Source of the DNA: Octopus vulgaris
Lineage: Eukaryota
Direction: 5' to 3'
DNA: 64,000 bases
NCBI GenBank assembly: GCA_951406725.2
Contig: OX597818.1
Location: 77,810,001-77,874,000, forward strand
Position 1 is the first letter of the stretch. Each line of letters starts with the position of its first letter. Under the pieces are notes generated by a model, which had not been told where the DNA came from, did not search any database, and worked only from the letters and a program-made list of their open reading frames with translations. Positions 27,361 through 42,454 of this stretch are shown here, piece by piece. A program made the translations under genes and the position numbers.

Positions 27361-29789
27361 ACAACTCCTCATTAAAAAAAACACATCCACACACCCAAAA
27401 CTGAGTCTGCCACATGTTTCTATAAACTATCATTAAATTTTAACATCACATGTACTTGATCAAATCTTTGTATATGCCTCATGATTGTTTCACAAGCTGA
27501 GACCTAGTTTAAGCTTATCTCCCTTACCCTGCATGAAATAAAAGTATACCTTTGTTTATGCCATATGTTTCTATAAGATTCTCTAGACTCTTCCAACCAC
27601 CAACAATTGTCTGTTGTTCTACATTAAAGACATTTATCTCCCCTGCTCTCAGTGGCTTCAACCTTCTTGACCTCTCTTGGTTTTATCATTCCTTCCACAC
27701 TAACTGTCACAGCTGATGTAGTGATTGAATGTTTTGCTATTCTGAACTGTCAGCACCGGTTAGTGCCTCTGCCCTACCGCCACCTATCAGTATTCAATTC
27801 CATGATCGATGTACCAACACATTAAATCATCCCATATCCATTTTCTCACCTTCAAATTCAGCTCTTATTCTGTTGATACTGTCATGGCTCTGACCCCACC
27901 CAATGAAGGCAATCCACTTCATATCTTCCTACTGTACAACACACACACCACTGCAAACCTTTGGTATTTCTAGTTAACTACTTGATCAGAGATCAACTCT
28001 CTATTCGGATCACCATTGGTAGCAAATGTGCTTGCCTCTAACTGAGATCATTTTCTTTAGCTATGTTCTTCTATAAGCCAAACTCACTGTCCGCAAATCC
28101 CCAAATGGTTCACTTGTGGTTGTGTTGCATCTTTACAAGTGAAGAATTCTGTTAAGCAAATTTGGTAGAAATCATCCAACATCCACTACTGCAATGCTTA
28201 TCAAGAAAACAAAGGATGCTTTTTGACATTCTACAATCTGTAAAGACGTTCACATCTCAAACTGTTGCTTATTCTTCTGGTCGTTTGTCAAGATGGACTT
28301 TCCTGCCCATCACTCCTCTATGAGCACTGGTTCTATACTTCCAATGATAAAATATCCACATTTACAGACTATTTTTGCTTCCAACTGCAGTGGGAATGAA
28401 TTCTCTTTCTCCAATTCTCTTTCTCCTTACCATCTCTTTCACCACCATTTCAACTCTTACCAAATGGTAAAAATTTCTTTACTTTCTCCAACTCAAGAAA
28501 ATGGCTAATCCTTGACAGTGATCATCCCATCATTCTCAAAGTATACACTCTACAGATAAATTTTTAGCTTTTATTCCAACTAAATCCTTATTATTTTTAT
28601 CACTTTAAGTTTCTCACTCCCTCTTAAGTTATCCACACCAATAGTGAGTGTCCCTTCAATCTCTTTCTTTCTCTCTCTAGTGGCCAGGACTATGCTATTG
28701 ATTCTTGAATCTCTCTCTCTCCCCCATAAAGTGACCACTGCCACCACCCCTCTGGTGTCTCTCTCAACCTGATGTGTCCACTTCTGTGGGGCTATCCTCT
28801 GAGTTTCTGTCTTTCTCCCAACAGTAACCACCATTAGCATATCTCTCTCTCACTCTTTAAGTGATCACCTCTTTCTCACTTACTCCTAAATGACTACCGT
28901 CAACCATACTGGTGTCTGTCAAGTCTCTCTCTCCACTCCTAAATGACCATCACCAACTATGGTGATATCTGTCATATTTTTCTCCCTTTCCCTACTAGTG
29001 TTTTTCAAGTCTCTTTCTCTCCACTCCTGAATGACCATCACCAACAATAATGGTGTCTCTCATCTCTCTCTCTCTCTTTCCCTACTAATGTCTTTCAAGT
29101 CTCCTTTTCTCCCCACCTACAAAGTGACTGCCACCACTCTAGGGTGACTCCACTATAGTGCTCTTGTGAGTTCCACTCCTCTTTCTAAGTGTTCACCATT
29201 TTGGTGTCCTTTGTGTGCTACTCCCCATCCTAAGTGATCACCACTCAGTGATTATACAGCCAGATCTAGGGGAGTTGGGGCTTGTTCTATATCACACACC
29301 AATGGTTTTTCTTTGATGGTTTGGTGATGTCTTCTGTTATTCCTTCTGTACATTAAAGCAGTTACTTCCATTTACACACACCTACTCAAAAGATATCCCC
29401 CTTTTATTCCGTTACCCTTTACTCAACCCACATGCATGTATACAAACATAATTCACACACAACATGGACACCTCATGTCAGACTTGCTCTGTCCTTTTGA
29501 ATACTTTGTCTCCTTCAACAACAACAAGGCACAATCATTCTCTCTATATATATATCAAGGAAACTGTCTTGTATTTATCAGTCTTTACATGTCAACAACA
29601 CGCGATTAAAGCCCTCAACTCCCTTCATATGCTAGGTCTCTCAACCTATTATAGGAACCTTGCACACACACACACACGCGCCAATGCTAAAACTACATTG
29701 CTAAGTTTTTCTCCTCAGAGTAAAAAAAATTAGTTCTTATCAATCAATGACCCGCTCTATAATACCCCAAATACGACTATATTGAAATA

Positions 29790-30010
29790 CTAAATCTGGA
29801 GCAGTGTTTCCTGCTGTACACACGCAAACATCTTTGAGCACAGCCAAAATACACGCACCTTGAAGTACTACTCATTAATCTGGGGCAGTGTTCTTACTGT
29901 ACACACACAAACATCTTTGAGCACAATCAAAATATGTTCACCTGGAAGTACTGCTCAGAGATCTGGGGTAGGGTTCCTGCTGTATACATACAAGCATCTT
30001 TGAGCACAGC
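29790..30010. repeat. Tandem repeat, about 85 bp x 2.6
   Basis: atctgg.gcagtgtt.ctgctgtacacac.caaacatctttgagcaca occurs three times. Confidence 0.8.
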
Positions 30011-30934
30011 CTGAGAAGGGAGGTAATTTCACTGATTGGCAAAGATACATCAACATGCTACAATCCTGAATTCACAGACAAACAGTTTCTTCTCTCTGTA
30101 CCTTCTTGCATTTCATTACTAAGCTCTTCTCAACTATCTTGTTGTGCGTCTTTCTCCATCTAATATCACTTGATGCACCCCTCTGTTTTTCTCCATCTCC
30201 TGTCAAGCCCCACTATGACCTCCTACCTCTAGATCCTATACTAAAGCAGTTTACCTAATCTCCACCCATCTCCTCCCCTGAAGTTCAACCCATTCTCCTT
30301 GTCCCCTTAATTGTTTGTCCTGCAGAAATCAACCTACAGAAGTCTAAACTGAATATCAACCATATTATTTCACCAGTCTGGGAGATCCTACAATTGCCTG
30401 AGGTGCTGCCCCTCCTCACCTAAATAACAGTTATAACATATAAAACAAACCTGACTTGGTTTTATTAACAAACTACAGCAACATTTCACCTTTGTTTATG
30501 CCACATCTTTCTATGGATGATTAAAATTTGTTTTGTTTTTTTTTCTATCATGTTTCTATAAAACTGTCTCCCTTGTGTTATCTCTTCCAATTCCACTTCC
30601 TTTTGTGTAATTACTGGACAAATATAACAGGTTTGATATTGTCAAAACAGGAATGAAACAGACTGTTATGTTTGTGTATGTGTGTGCATGTGTGAACAAT
30701 TTGACTACGTTTTGTGTTTCTAGAAGATTCTGTGTCTAACATGTCAGATGCTCTGTAAAGAACAAGGGCATTCTGCTCATATCCATGAAACCCAACGAGT
30801 AAAAAAAGTATATATGTGTGTGTGTACATGTGTTTATATATATATATATATATCTCAAAAAGTGTGATGATGTATATATATATATTTCAAAAGGTATATG
30901 TATATACATATATATATATCTCAAAAAGTGTATG

Positions 30935-30973
<39 letters not shown>

Positions 30974-32828
30974 GTACATATATTTCAAAGTGGGGGTGTC
31001 TATATATGTATGTATATATGTCTCAAAAAGTATTTCTTTGGCAATAATATTTTAGAGAAAATATAAATGCTTTTACTGTTTTTTATTTTCTATTTTAATA
31101 TGTTAATTAATTGACACAAACTTACATTATTGGTCTACCTTTTATTTTACCTATTTGTTTCTTCCCATCCCTAAACTAATCTATAGAGTTTTTACTCCAC
31201 ATTCAACTAATTCAATTTAACTTGGTTATTTCATCTTTCCAAACAATAATGCCAAATATTATTTAAAACTTTCAGCAGTATATATTCTAAATAATGACGG
31301 CGCTACAGCATGGTCACAATCTCTTGCTGAAACAAGTCAAAGCAAAAGTATAGTAAGCTCTTGGAAGGGGCAGGTGTAAGGAAGAGCATCTAGCTGTAGA
31401 AACCAAGCTAAAACTGAGACACTGGAGCAATATGAATGTTCTAATTCATGAAATTAATTTTTCTAATTCTTCCTTTTCTGGATACACTTTCAATAGCACT
31501 AAAGGAAACAAAATCTTCAAAGCAATTTGGTTCTTGCTACTTCTAGGGTTCCTTTAAAATAAGAGATTTATGGCTTCCACTTTGGTCACCCTACATTAAG
31601 ATTTCTTTTTTTTCAAAATTTAAGTAAGTTAATCAGTGAATCAAGGTATGAATACATTTGATCTCTGATGATCGTTTTAGAGAGGTAAGCGAACTATACT
31701 CATAGAGCATCCAGTGATAGAAACTATGCCAAAACTGAGACATTGGAGCAAGAAGTGGTTCTCTGATCCATTGGAGTCAATCTGACTATTCTACCTATGT
31801 TAGTAAGGAAAGCAGATGTAAAATGATGATAATGATAGAGTTGTGTGAGTAAAGAGGATATCATGTGACTGGATGAAAGTTTGATGTTTTCTGTTTTATC
31901 TGCACTGTGATCATGGCTAAGATATTACACTCTCTGACTTGAACCAATATTTGAGTCAATGCAGTCACTCAAATTGCTAGAAATAACAATGAAATCTTTC
32001 TGGAATGAAAACCCTACTGTCTTAAAAAAGGAAGAATACATTGTGTAATGTAGTTCTAGACACATTATGTCTCAACAAAAGATCGTGAGGAGAGGAAAAA
32101 ATCATTTGCTTCTTGGTGAATTGTTGTCAAAGAAAACAGATAGACACTACCAGATTTTGTATTAAAATTAAGTCTGCTTCTGTAATAATTTTTCAATATC
32201 TCTTGTAGGTATGGTTTTCATATCCACCATTTAAAGTATTTTTATTCTTGCTCTGTAAAGAGATATTTGATGAAAAACTTGAAAAAGTAAAAAAATTTTT
32301 TAAATTCTTTTTGGTAAAATTGTCTCTAATGGTGACATAAGGAGTGGCTTTTACAAAACCATGGTGTAAAACTACTTTCTGCAGTTAACAGTAATAAAAG
32401 TTTGAGTGGATGTATCTGCTTTCCACATTCAAAGGGTTAAAAATAGATTGTAGTGAGGAGTGAGTCTAAGATTGATAGTAGGAGACAACTTAAGACATGT
32501 TTCAATATTACCAGGCATCATTACAGTGGCGAGCTGGCTGTATTGTGAGCATGTCACATGAAATGCTTAGTGGTATTTCATCTGTCTTCACATTCTGAGT
32601 TAAAATTCCACCAAGATTGACTTTGCCTTTCATTTTTTGGGTTGATAAAAAACATCAGTTGAGTACTGGGATTGATGTAATTAACTTATCTCCTACCCAA
32701 GATTGCTGGCCTTGTGCCAAAATTTGAAATCAGTATTATCAGGCATCATTGGCAAACTACATTTTTTACCAACACTGGGGGACCTAAGATTACTAGAGAA
32801 ATATATAGGATTATAGTGAATATAATGT

Positions 32829-33230
32829 AGGCACAGGAGTGGCTGTGTGGTAAGTAGCTTGCTTACCAACCACATGGTTCTGGGTTCAGTCCCATTGTGT
32901 GGCACCTTGGGCAAGTGTCTTCAACTATAGTCTCAGGCCGACCAAAGCCTTGTGAGTGGATGTGGTAGACGGAAACTGAAAGAAGCCCATTGTATATATA
33001 TGTGTATGTTTGTGTGTCTGTGTTTGTCCCCACGCCCCAACATCGATTAACAACTGATGCTGGTGTGTTTATGTCCCCGTATCTTAGCGGTTCGGCAAAA
33101 GAGACCAATAGAATAGGTACTAGGCTTACAAAGAATAAGTCCTGGGGTCGATTTCCTCAACTAAAGGCGGTGCTCCAGCATGGCTGCAGTCAAGTGACTG
33201 AAACAAGTAAGAGTAAAGAGTAAAAGAGTA
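32829..33230 (+). mobile_element. tRNA-derived SINE, family A (near full-length reference copy)
   Basis: tggctgtgtgg A box, gggttcagtccc B box, accttgggcaagtgtctt central domain, internal (TG/TA) tract and gactgaaacaagtaa(gagtaaa)n tail. Confidence 0.9.
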
Positions 33231-34019
33231 ACTATTAAGTGGGCAGCAACTTATAGAATCTCTTGTTGACAAGTTTAGAAATTACTACTATAGGCATACT
33301 ATATGTTAAGTAGGGTATAAAGTGATTTGGTACTGTAGGTTCTATTCCGACTTAATTGACATCTGATGTTTTAACATTTCTCTTGTTCTCTCTTCCACCC
33401 TCTGTGTCACTTTGTGTGTAAGAGAAAAGTGAAAATCAATCAAGTTCAATTAATAAATTGTAATGTCTGTCTGTCTGACTGTCTCTCTCTCTCTCTCTTT
33501 CTCTCTCCATCTCTGTGTATATTTCTGTACATACGTGTATGTATACATGTTTGTCTTCAGTACCAAAAAAAGTACTGTCACCAAAACAGTTGGATATCCA
33601 GTCAGTCATGCCAAATTGTCAGTGTCCAAATGGCTGAACTCAACCATCATCATGTTAAGTATGCTTATTTACACTATAAACACACCACGTAGTATGTATA
33701 TAGGTTCTCACTATAGACATACCTTATGTTGTTGTTTAGCCCAAAGTCAAACCTGATTTTGAAGACCCACATCAAAAGCCATTTCAATCATGACCATCCT
33801 GTATTTTTGCAGGCATATTGTACCCTTAACTATATTATTTGATGTGTTAATAATAGAATACTATTTAAGGGAGATTTAGCTGTTTTTTCTAGTATGCCAA
33901 ATGACTATGTTGAGGCTCCTTTTTTTGTCAGCATTGGTATAATGCAAGATTTAAAACCTCCTTTACACTAACATTCAGATGTTTTATGTTAATAGTCTAG
34001 AAATAATCTTTTAATCAAA

Positions 34020-34270
34020 AAGGTACTCCAAATGTTTAACTAGTGCTCTAAGCCATTAAGTGGTACTCTAAAATGTTCAACTCGTACTTTAAATGTTTAA
34101 CTGGTACTCCAAATGTTTAACTGGTAATTTAAATGTTTATCTGGTAATCTAAATGTTTAACTGGTACTCTAAATACTTAACTGGTGCTCCAGATGTTTAA
34201 CTGGTACTTTTATGCCTAACTGCTACTCCAGATGTTGACTTGTACTTCACTTGTTTAACTGATACTCTGT
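34020..34270. repeat. Minisatellite, unit of about 20-21 bp, about 12 copies
   Basis: Recurring gtactccaaatgtttaactg. Confidence 0.85.
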
Positions 34271-35156
34271 AATCTTCAATCTCTGCCATTTACAAAGTTA
34301 GTACTTCTCTTATCAACAATTAATTAATCAACTGATTTCTGATGTCCTTATAATTAAACAGCTATTGTGATATAGAGTCTAGAATTTATAGTCACCATTG
34401 GGCTATTTCTTCATTTTCTCATCCTTTTTACTTTATTTTAAATAATTTCCCCAAAACAGGAACCATTTACAGTTTAAAACCAACAGAAAGAAACCTTTTA
34501 CCATTCAACCTTAAATTTACTTATAACTATTGTTATATAGTTTCCTCTGCAGTGTATCCTTGTCAGTGACCAGGTTGCAAATCACTCAACAAAAATTATG
34601 ACACAATATAAAAAAAAATATTTTTTAAATGAAGTTAACAGTCTTTGTGTGTTTTTAAATGGCTAACATGTGTCTTCTACACTACAATCATTTTAATTTC
34701 AACATGCAGTCTCAGATCAAATCACTTGCTTGGCAGGTACAGCCCAAATCTTCATAACAGCATCTGTGTAGAGAGAGAGGGAAGAAGGAGAGGAGAAAAG
34801 GTTGTTGTTGAGAGAGAAATACAGAGTGACAGAGAAAGAGAGAGAAAAAGAGAAAGAGAGAGTGTGTGTGTTTGTGAAAGGTAAACAAGTAGTGTTGTCA
34901 CCTGACAAGTAACTAACAAGTTTCGATGAAAAAACAGACTTCAGAAAAAGACTATATGTGTGTATATATAGTACATAGTTACATTTTTGTGGTTTGTGTG
35001 TTTGTTTCTATGTCTTTCAAAATATAGACTCTACAACACAGACTTTTAAAAAAGACTTTCACTTTGAACAATCTATGAAGGTATATGCATGATTAACAAG
35101 TAATTTTACCAGCATCATAGCAATGGGTAACAACCAAGAATAATATCTATCTATCT

Positions 35157-35545
35157 CATCATCATCGTTCAACGTCCGCTTTCCATGCTAGCATGGGTTG
35201 GATGATTTGACAGGTCTGGCGAACCAGATGGCTGCACCAGGCTCCAATCTGATCTGGCAGAGTTTCTACAGCTGGATGCCCTTTCTAAAGCCAACCACGC
35301 CGAGAGTGTAGTGGGTACTTTAATGTGCCACTGGCACGAGGGCCAGTCAGGCAGTACTGGCAATGGCCACGCTCAAATGGTGCTTTTTATGTGCCAACTG
35401 CACAGGAACATGTCCAGTGGCGCTGGCAACGACTTTGCTCGAATGTTTTTTCATGTGCCACTAGCACAAGTGCCAGTAAGGCGACGCAGGTAATGATCAC
35501 GCTTGAATGGTGCTTTTTACATGCCACCGGCACGGAAGCCAGAAG
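35157..35545 (-). mobile_element. 5'-truncated RTE LINE 3' UTR copy
   Basis: (CAT)n tail and 3' UTR repeats matching 42838-43300. Confidence 0.85.
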
Positions 35546-35559
35546 GCAAGCATGTTTGC

Positions 35560-36740
35560 ATAATTTCTTTTCCCCCTTTACTCATCCTCCACATTCAATA
35601 CTCGTGCAACATTGTACTTCTTATGCATGTATTGTACCCTCCACTCAGAGAAAACCTCTTTGTTGCCAGCAAAGATAAAAGCTGCTTGAACTTTCCTTCA
35701 CACCTCCTCCACTGCTAATAAGGTTACAGGATTACCTATGTAAAAGAGACAATCAACTATTTCAACTGAAAAATATTTTTTTTATGGGTGCTGTCATTAC
35801 TATCTATTCCTACATATGATAACCTGTATGTGATCCTATTGCATCTCATACAGCCATATATTGCATTGGGTACATTGTACGGCATTCCTGCTTACACCTT
35901 TTCTGTATATTGAGTATGGCCATTTCCTAAATTAGAGAAGAATCCTGTATTTTATTCTTGCAAACTTTTGATTTTGTTGTCATTGAAGCTTAAGATCTGG
36001 AAACAAGATTTCTTCAAAATAAATCATAGAAGAGATTTTGTTTCCACTTTTAGATTTCTTTCTCAAATTTCTCAACTGATTCAGCAGTGAAAACTGAAGA
36101 GCTGGTCGTAAACATTTCTGTTATGGCTTATAATAATAAACAACATAGGGCTGAGAATAGATCTGTGATGGATGCCTACCTCTTTGTTCAATTCTTCAAT
36201 GAACTTGTTGCTAATTTTCACCCTTTTTATTGGCACCTCAGTACATAGACTGCATAGCTCTCACAATCAATTTAGTTTTCTTACTAACCACTAAACTTTG
36301 GAGTGTGATCCTCTTAGTAAAGAGCAAACTATTATACCTAGTAAAGGGCTTTTGCTAGGTATAATAGTTTGTTCTTTACTAAAAACTTCTTTAAGCTGCC
36401 ACTCATTTCCTTTTTGCTAGAGTGTTTTGTCTCACTGACCCCTTTTGGCTCTTACTGTGACTTCATTAATTTATGTTGTGTAGTACAATCTTCACTGACA
36501 AAGTCAGTATTTACAACCACCTATTTATGCTGTTTTCTAGAGAATATGAAATCTGACTGGCTTGTACATTCTCCTGATTGGTATGTAATCAGGTGGTGGG
36601 TTTATTTCTGGAATATACTGTTCCAAATGGTTAGATTATTTTGTTTGAATCACAGAGCTCTTCCTTCTGTGTACTGTAAATATTGTCTCCATGTGCATTG
36701 GCATAGCTGTCATAGTGTTGTCCAACATGGGCATTAACCC
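35560..36740 (-). mobile_element. Old fragmented RTE LINE (APE endonuclease and Cys-finger pieces)
   Basis: Minus translation NAHVGQH...HHLITYQSGECTSQSDFIF...EDCTTQHKL (APE) and GVSRNAVQCTQCNIW (same finger as in the 44 kb RTE). Confidence 0.7.
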
Positions 36741-38335
36741 TAACAACACTGATTAAATTCTTGTGTACTGACATGCAGATACTGAATTAATTTGTTATAA
36801 TAAGCTGAAATTGATAACCCTTAGTTATATACATTAATAACTACATCATTTGAAATGTGGAGAATTTGTGAAAGTACCCCACTATAATAAACAAATTAAG
36901 TTGGTTCCCATTTCTCAAGTGCATGTGCGCACACTGAATATATTCAGTTCCCATGCTGGACAAAATACTTATCAGTATTTTGTCTCTTTATATTCTGAGT
37001 TCAAATACTTTTGTGGTTGACTTTACTTTTTATCCTTTTGGGGTTGATAAAATAAATACCAATCAAATACTGGGGTTGATGTAATTGATTACCCTCTCCT
37101 CCAAAATTTCAGGCATTGTGCCTTTAGTAGAAAAGATTATTATCATCATTATTAAACTGGCTACTTGGTGATATTGTTAGTGCATTGGACAAAATGGTTA
37201 GTGATATTTCTTCTGGATCTTTATGTTTTGAGTTCAAATCCTGCTGAGGTCAACTTCGCTTTTCATAGTTTCGAGGTCAATGAAAATAAGTACGTGTCAA
37301 GTACAGGAATCAGTGTAATTGACATGCTCTCTCGTCTTAAAGTGCTGGTCTTGTACCAAAATTAGAAAGGATTATTATTGTTATAACAAGTCATCTTGAA
37401 ACTAGAGATTTGGCCTGAATACTTACAGCAGAGTGGACACAGCTAAAGCCCTCAAGGACAATGTAGTGATGTTGTACTGGATGACAGATTAAGTATGTCC
37501 CCATCCCCTTCCAAAGAAAAATGGCCCTGCCAGTAGAATTCCACGCAGTGTCCATCTACTAAATTTTACTTGCAAAACATTGGTCAGTCTCGATTATCAG
37601 TGCAAGACACACAGTGTGCCGCACATGGGACTTGAACTCAGGACTCCAAAGTTACAAAGTAATCTTAACCACACAACCATGCCTGCATGCTCAGAACAGG
37701 CATATTTCTTACAGCTTCTCATTTCTATCCTTTCAAATTTTGTTATCTTTTATCGTTTACTTGTTTCAGTCATTGGACTGTGGCCAAGCTGGAGCTCCAT
37801 CTTGAAAGGTCTAGTTGAGCAAATCAACCCCAGTACATATTTCTTTTACAATTTGGTACTTAATCTATTAGGACATAAACAAACCAGTACTGGTTGTCAA
37901 GTGGTAGTAGGGGACAAACACACACACACACACACTCGACAGGCATCTGCATAAATTCTATCTATCAAATCCACTCACAAATCTTTGGTCAGCCCAAGTC
38001 TATAGTAGAAGACACTTTGAACCTGAAACCATGTGATTGGGAAGCAAGCATCTTATCACACAGCTACACTTGCACCTACTTTTAATTTTTTTTTTAACCA
38101 AGAGTGAACTACATGAGTGAAATGAGAAAATCAGAGCCTTATTGATTTCTTAAAAGAAATCAATGTCTGTTATCTGACCGGGTGATTTGCTCTAGCTGTG
38201 ACCATCCTGATTTTGTGCCAGTACTGTTACATCACATACTTCTGATTTTTCATGATTCACTGATTTAGCTCTTTCTTGATTGATATCAATGGGGTTGCAA
38301 AGACAACCTTCAAAAAAAAAATTTTTTTTAAATCG

Positions 38336-38395
<60 letters not shown>

Positions 38396-40756
38396 TTTCA
38401 ATTATGAATTAAAAGCAGTGCTACTGTTGTAAACATTATTGACCACACATATTCAATGTATGTGTTTTGCTTGTTTGGAGACGACTACCCAGTGCTATGA
38501 GGAAGCCATCCCAAAAGCACAATACCACAGCAAACCAGTGAACAAGCAAAGCACATACATTGGGTATGTGAGTTCGATAATACATACATACATGCATATA
38601 TATATATATATTACAAATACACACCATCATAATCATCATCATTTAATGTTTGTTCTTCATGCATGTATGAGTTAGACAGTTTGACAAGATTTAACCAACG
38701 GCAGAGCTGTGTCAGACCCCAATGTCAGTTTTGGCACGGTTTCTACAGCTAGATGCTCTTCCTAACATCAGCCTCTTTACAGTATAGCCTTGGTGCTATT
38801 TTTGTGTTACCAGCATTAGTGAGGTCACCAAGGATCTGCAAGTCAAAGAGAAGAAAGGAAAAGGAAACTGCTCTGTTGACAGAGTGGGAATGTGAGAGAT
38901 GGGGAGATGGCTTTATGCCAGGTGATGAAGTCTAAAGTATGGAAGAAGGACAAGCATAGGTGTCTTGTAATAGAAGAGATACACGTCTATCTTGCATTAT
39001 ATGAGAATGAGTGGGAGTAGCTGGAAGGAAGATAAAGATGGGGTGCCAGAGTCTACTGTCCAGGTATAAGAAGGTGAGTATAAGGGACGATATAGAGGAA
39101 GATCAGGAAGGAAGGAAAGGTAGATTATTTCATAAGAGTATAGCAGATGATTAGAGATGGAGGTAGTGAATGGTGAACAAGAGTGTAGGTGCTGAGAGTG
39201 GCACTATCATAAATCTTTAGATCAATGAGTAGGATGATATTCCAGGTGTGAGAGGGGAGGAGATGAACGGTGGCAGAGATGGAGGTCAGAGGTATATGAG
39301 GATGGCTATAGAAACTGGAATGACAAAGATACGTGGCATCAATGGCAGATATGAGCAAGTGTTGAGAATCATAGCAGATGGCAGAGGTGTTAAAGATGAG
39401 GTATAGCAGAGCTAATATGTAACTCAGAGGAAGAGATAACTGAAGGCACTAAAAAAAAAATGATTGGTGGAAAGCAGCATGGGAGGAGATGATAATGAAA
39501 CTGAGGGATAGAGTTTAAATGGAAACGGTTCTACTGCGAAGAAGGAGGTAACTGGTAGTGCCAAGAGTGGATGAAATATGCTGATTCTTTTCTTGAATTA
39601 TTACGGTAGCTAGGTAGTGCCATAGTTTGAAGAGTGATGGATGTTAGGAAGATGAGATGTGGGAAAAAGTTTGATGTAGGCAGATTGGGTGCAGGGCCCA
39701 GTATATACAAGTATATGCATAATGATTTTAGGGCCTCACTTTTGCCATGACAGATGAGTTTTCTTGAGCACAGTGAAGTGTCCATCATCTCAGTCCTTTG
39801 TTGTCTCTTCTATGAGGTTCAACATCTTGAGATCAGCCTTCACTACATCATTCCATATCTTTCTGGGTTTCCTCCTTCTACAAGTTACATCCTCTTTAAG
39901 TGATTGGCACATCATTATACAACTGTCCTCAGCCATATACATCACATGACCAAACCATTGCAGTCATGAAAACTCTGTAGAAGCTGAGCCTCTGTGTGTG
40001 TGTGCATGTGTGTGTGTGTGTAATGCTTGTAGTAGACACACAACAAGTATTTAGATCATCCAACAGAACAAGAATACTAAACAAATGCACCAATCAAAAG
40101 AAGTTAAATTATCTTTCTGTTTGTCATTAACAAGGCAGTAGTCCTTGAGTTTCATATATTTCTCTGTGTGTATGTAGACATACACATGAAGATACACACA
40201 TCTTCGACCACACTTGTAGTTATATATATGTTGTATGGAGTTACATTTTAATGTATGATGTTAATAAAGATATATGTGGCTGCATCTAATAGAAATACAT
40301 ATTTATATCTCTCTCTTCCCCACTTTCTCTCTCTCTCTCTTTCTCTCTCAATATATATATATAAAATAGAATTATGTTTTTATTTAGACACAATGTCAGC
40401 GAGTCAATTGCTTTCCTTGCTTTATTATCATTGCCTCCATACATACCCCCACATCCTACAAGATAGAAACTGCTAATCTCTGATAAACCTTCTCTTTTTC
40501 TTTTTATTTCTTCCTTAACAACAACAACAACAGTATTAACATAAACATTGTATTTATGTAAGAGTAACATAAATAAATCAATGACAAAAGCAAGGATGGT
40601 GAAAGAGGTTTAATTTTTATTCAAAGAAATCTGAAGTTCAAACATCGTAAATAAAACAAAATGATATTTTTACTCTTTATTAAAAATTATCTTTCATGGT
40701 GTTTCATTCAATTTTCTATTATTATTTTTATTATTATTATCATTATTATTATTACA

Positions 40757-41682
40757 AAGGCAGTGAGCTGGCAGAATCATTAGCATGCTGGCTGAAATGC
40801 TTAGCAGCATTTTATTCATCTTTATATTCTGAGTTCAAATTCCGTCAAGGTCGACTTTGCCTTTCATCCTTCTGGGGTTGATGAAATAAGTACCAGTTGA
40901 GTACTGGGGTTGATGTAATCGACTGTCCTCCTCCCCCAAAATTTCAGGCCTTGTGCCTATAGTGGAAAGGATCATTATTATTATTATTGAAGGAAATGTT
41001 AGCACATCGGGCAAAATGCTCATTTTGTCCATCTTTACCTTCTGAGTTCAAATTAACTTAGCCTTTCATCTTTTTTGAGTTGAAAAAATAAGTACCAGTT
41101 GGTACTGGAGTCAATGTAATTGACTTACTCCATCCCATGAAATTGCTGGCCTTGTGCCAAAATTTGAAACCATTATTATTATTATTATTATTATTATTGA
41201 CGTGATGATTTGGCGGAATTGTTAGCACATTGAAGAAATTGTGTAGTGATATTTCATTGGTTTTTACATTTTTTAATTCAAATTCTGCTGAGGTTGGCTT
41301 AGCCTTTCATCCTTTGAGGATTGATAAAATATGTATCAGTTGAGCACTGAGGTTGAAGTAATCAACTTACCTCCTCCCCCAAAATTGCTGGCCTTGCACC
41401 AAAATTTAAAATTATTATTATTATTATTAAGGTGGTGGGTTGGCAGCATCAGCATACCAGACAAAATGCCTAGCAGCATTTCATCTGTCTTTACATTCTG
41501 AGTTTGAATTCTGCTGAGATCGATTTTGCCTTTCATTTCTTTTGGGGAGGGTTGATAAAAGAAGCAACAATCAAATATTGGGTTCAATGTAATTGACTTA
41601 CCTCTTCCCTCAAAATCTGCTGGTCCTGTGTCAAAATATGAAACAATTATTAATATTAAGGCAACAAGCTGGCAGAAATGTT
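40757..41682 (+). mobile_element. Head-to-tail array of 4-5 SINE family B copies separated by (ATT)n
   Basis: Units start near 40757, 40990, 41200, 41430 and 41660, each with the ttctgagttcaaat / gcctttcat / ggccttgtgcc motifs or decayed variants; the last unit is only a head. Confidence 0.85.
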
Positions 41683-42400
41683 AATTTGTTTATTTTGGGT
41701 AACTTAGCAGTTTGGTAAAAGAATCTAAGAGAATATCAATTTGTTCAAGTAATCCTTTCAAGGCAATGCATTGAAACAAGTAAAAAATAAAGGATAAAAG
41801 ATAAGTTTACATAAATAGGCTTTGATATGTAAAAGTTATATTTATCTCACTCAGCAAACACAATAGAACAGAAACAGGGAGTTGGTCAGCTAAACTTGTG
41901 ACACTATTCTGATTCCCAATTGGTGCAATTTCATTTCACAACTGCTATTAATACTTTTGGGGAAAGACATATATACAGTAATATCCTAGTTGATTGCCTC
42001 AGAAATTATTCAAGAGCCTTGTGATTATTACTAAATGAAACTAATATTTATGATTTGGTTTCTAAAGTCTATTATACATTTTATGAAAATAGGAAATTTA
42101 GAAAATTGATATGCATTTGTATCAAGTATATTTATTGTTGTTGGTTAAATATATTTTTACAACGAATGTCTATAATGTTAAGTGCTGAGGCCGACAGTAT
42201 TAATTCCTGGAATGCGATATCTATGAAAAATACCTCCTTCCTCCACATAGGCATGTGCATGTGTATATATATACTTTAATTTTAGCCAAAAGGCCGAGAA
42301 GTATATACATATATATATATATATGTTTATACATACACACATGTATATAGATATATATACATACACACATATATTTATATATATATATATACATACATAT

Positions 42401-42454
<54 letters not shown>

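Noticed and set aside
27600-28600. Possible old CR1/Jockey-like LINE fragment (also 47340-47900)
   Set aside because: Only faint motif echoes (FWSFVK, IFASN); too decayed to call without a library search.
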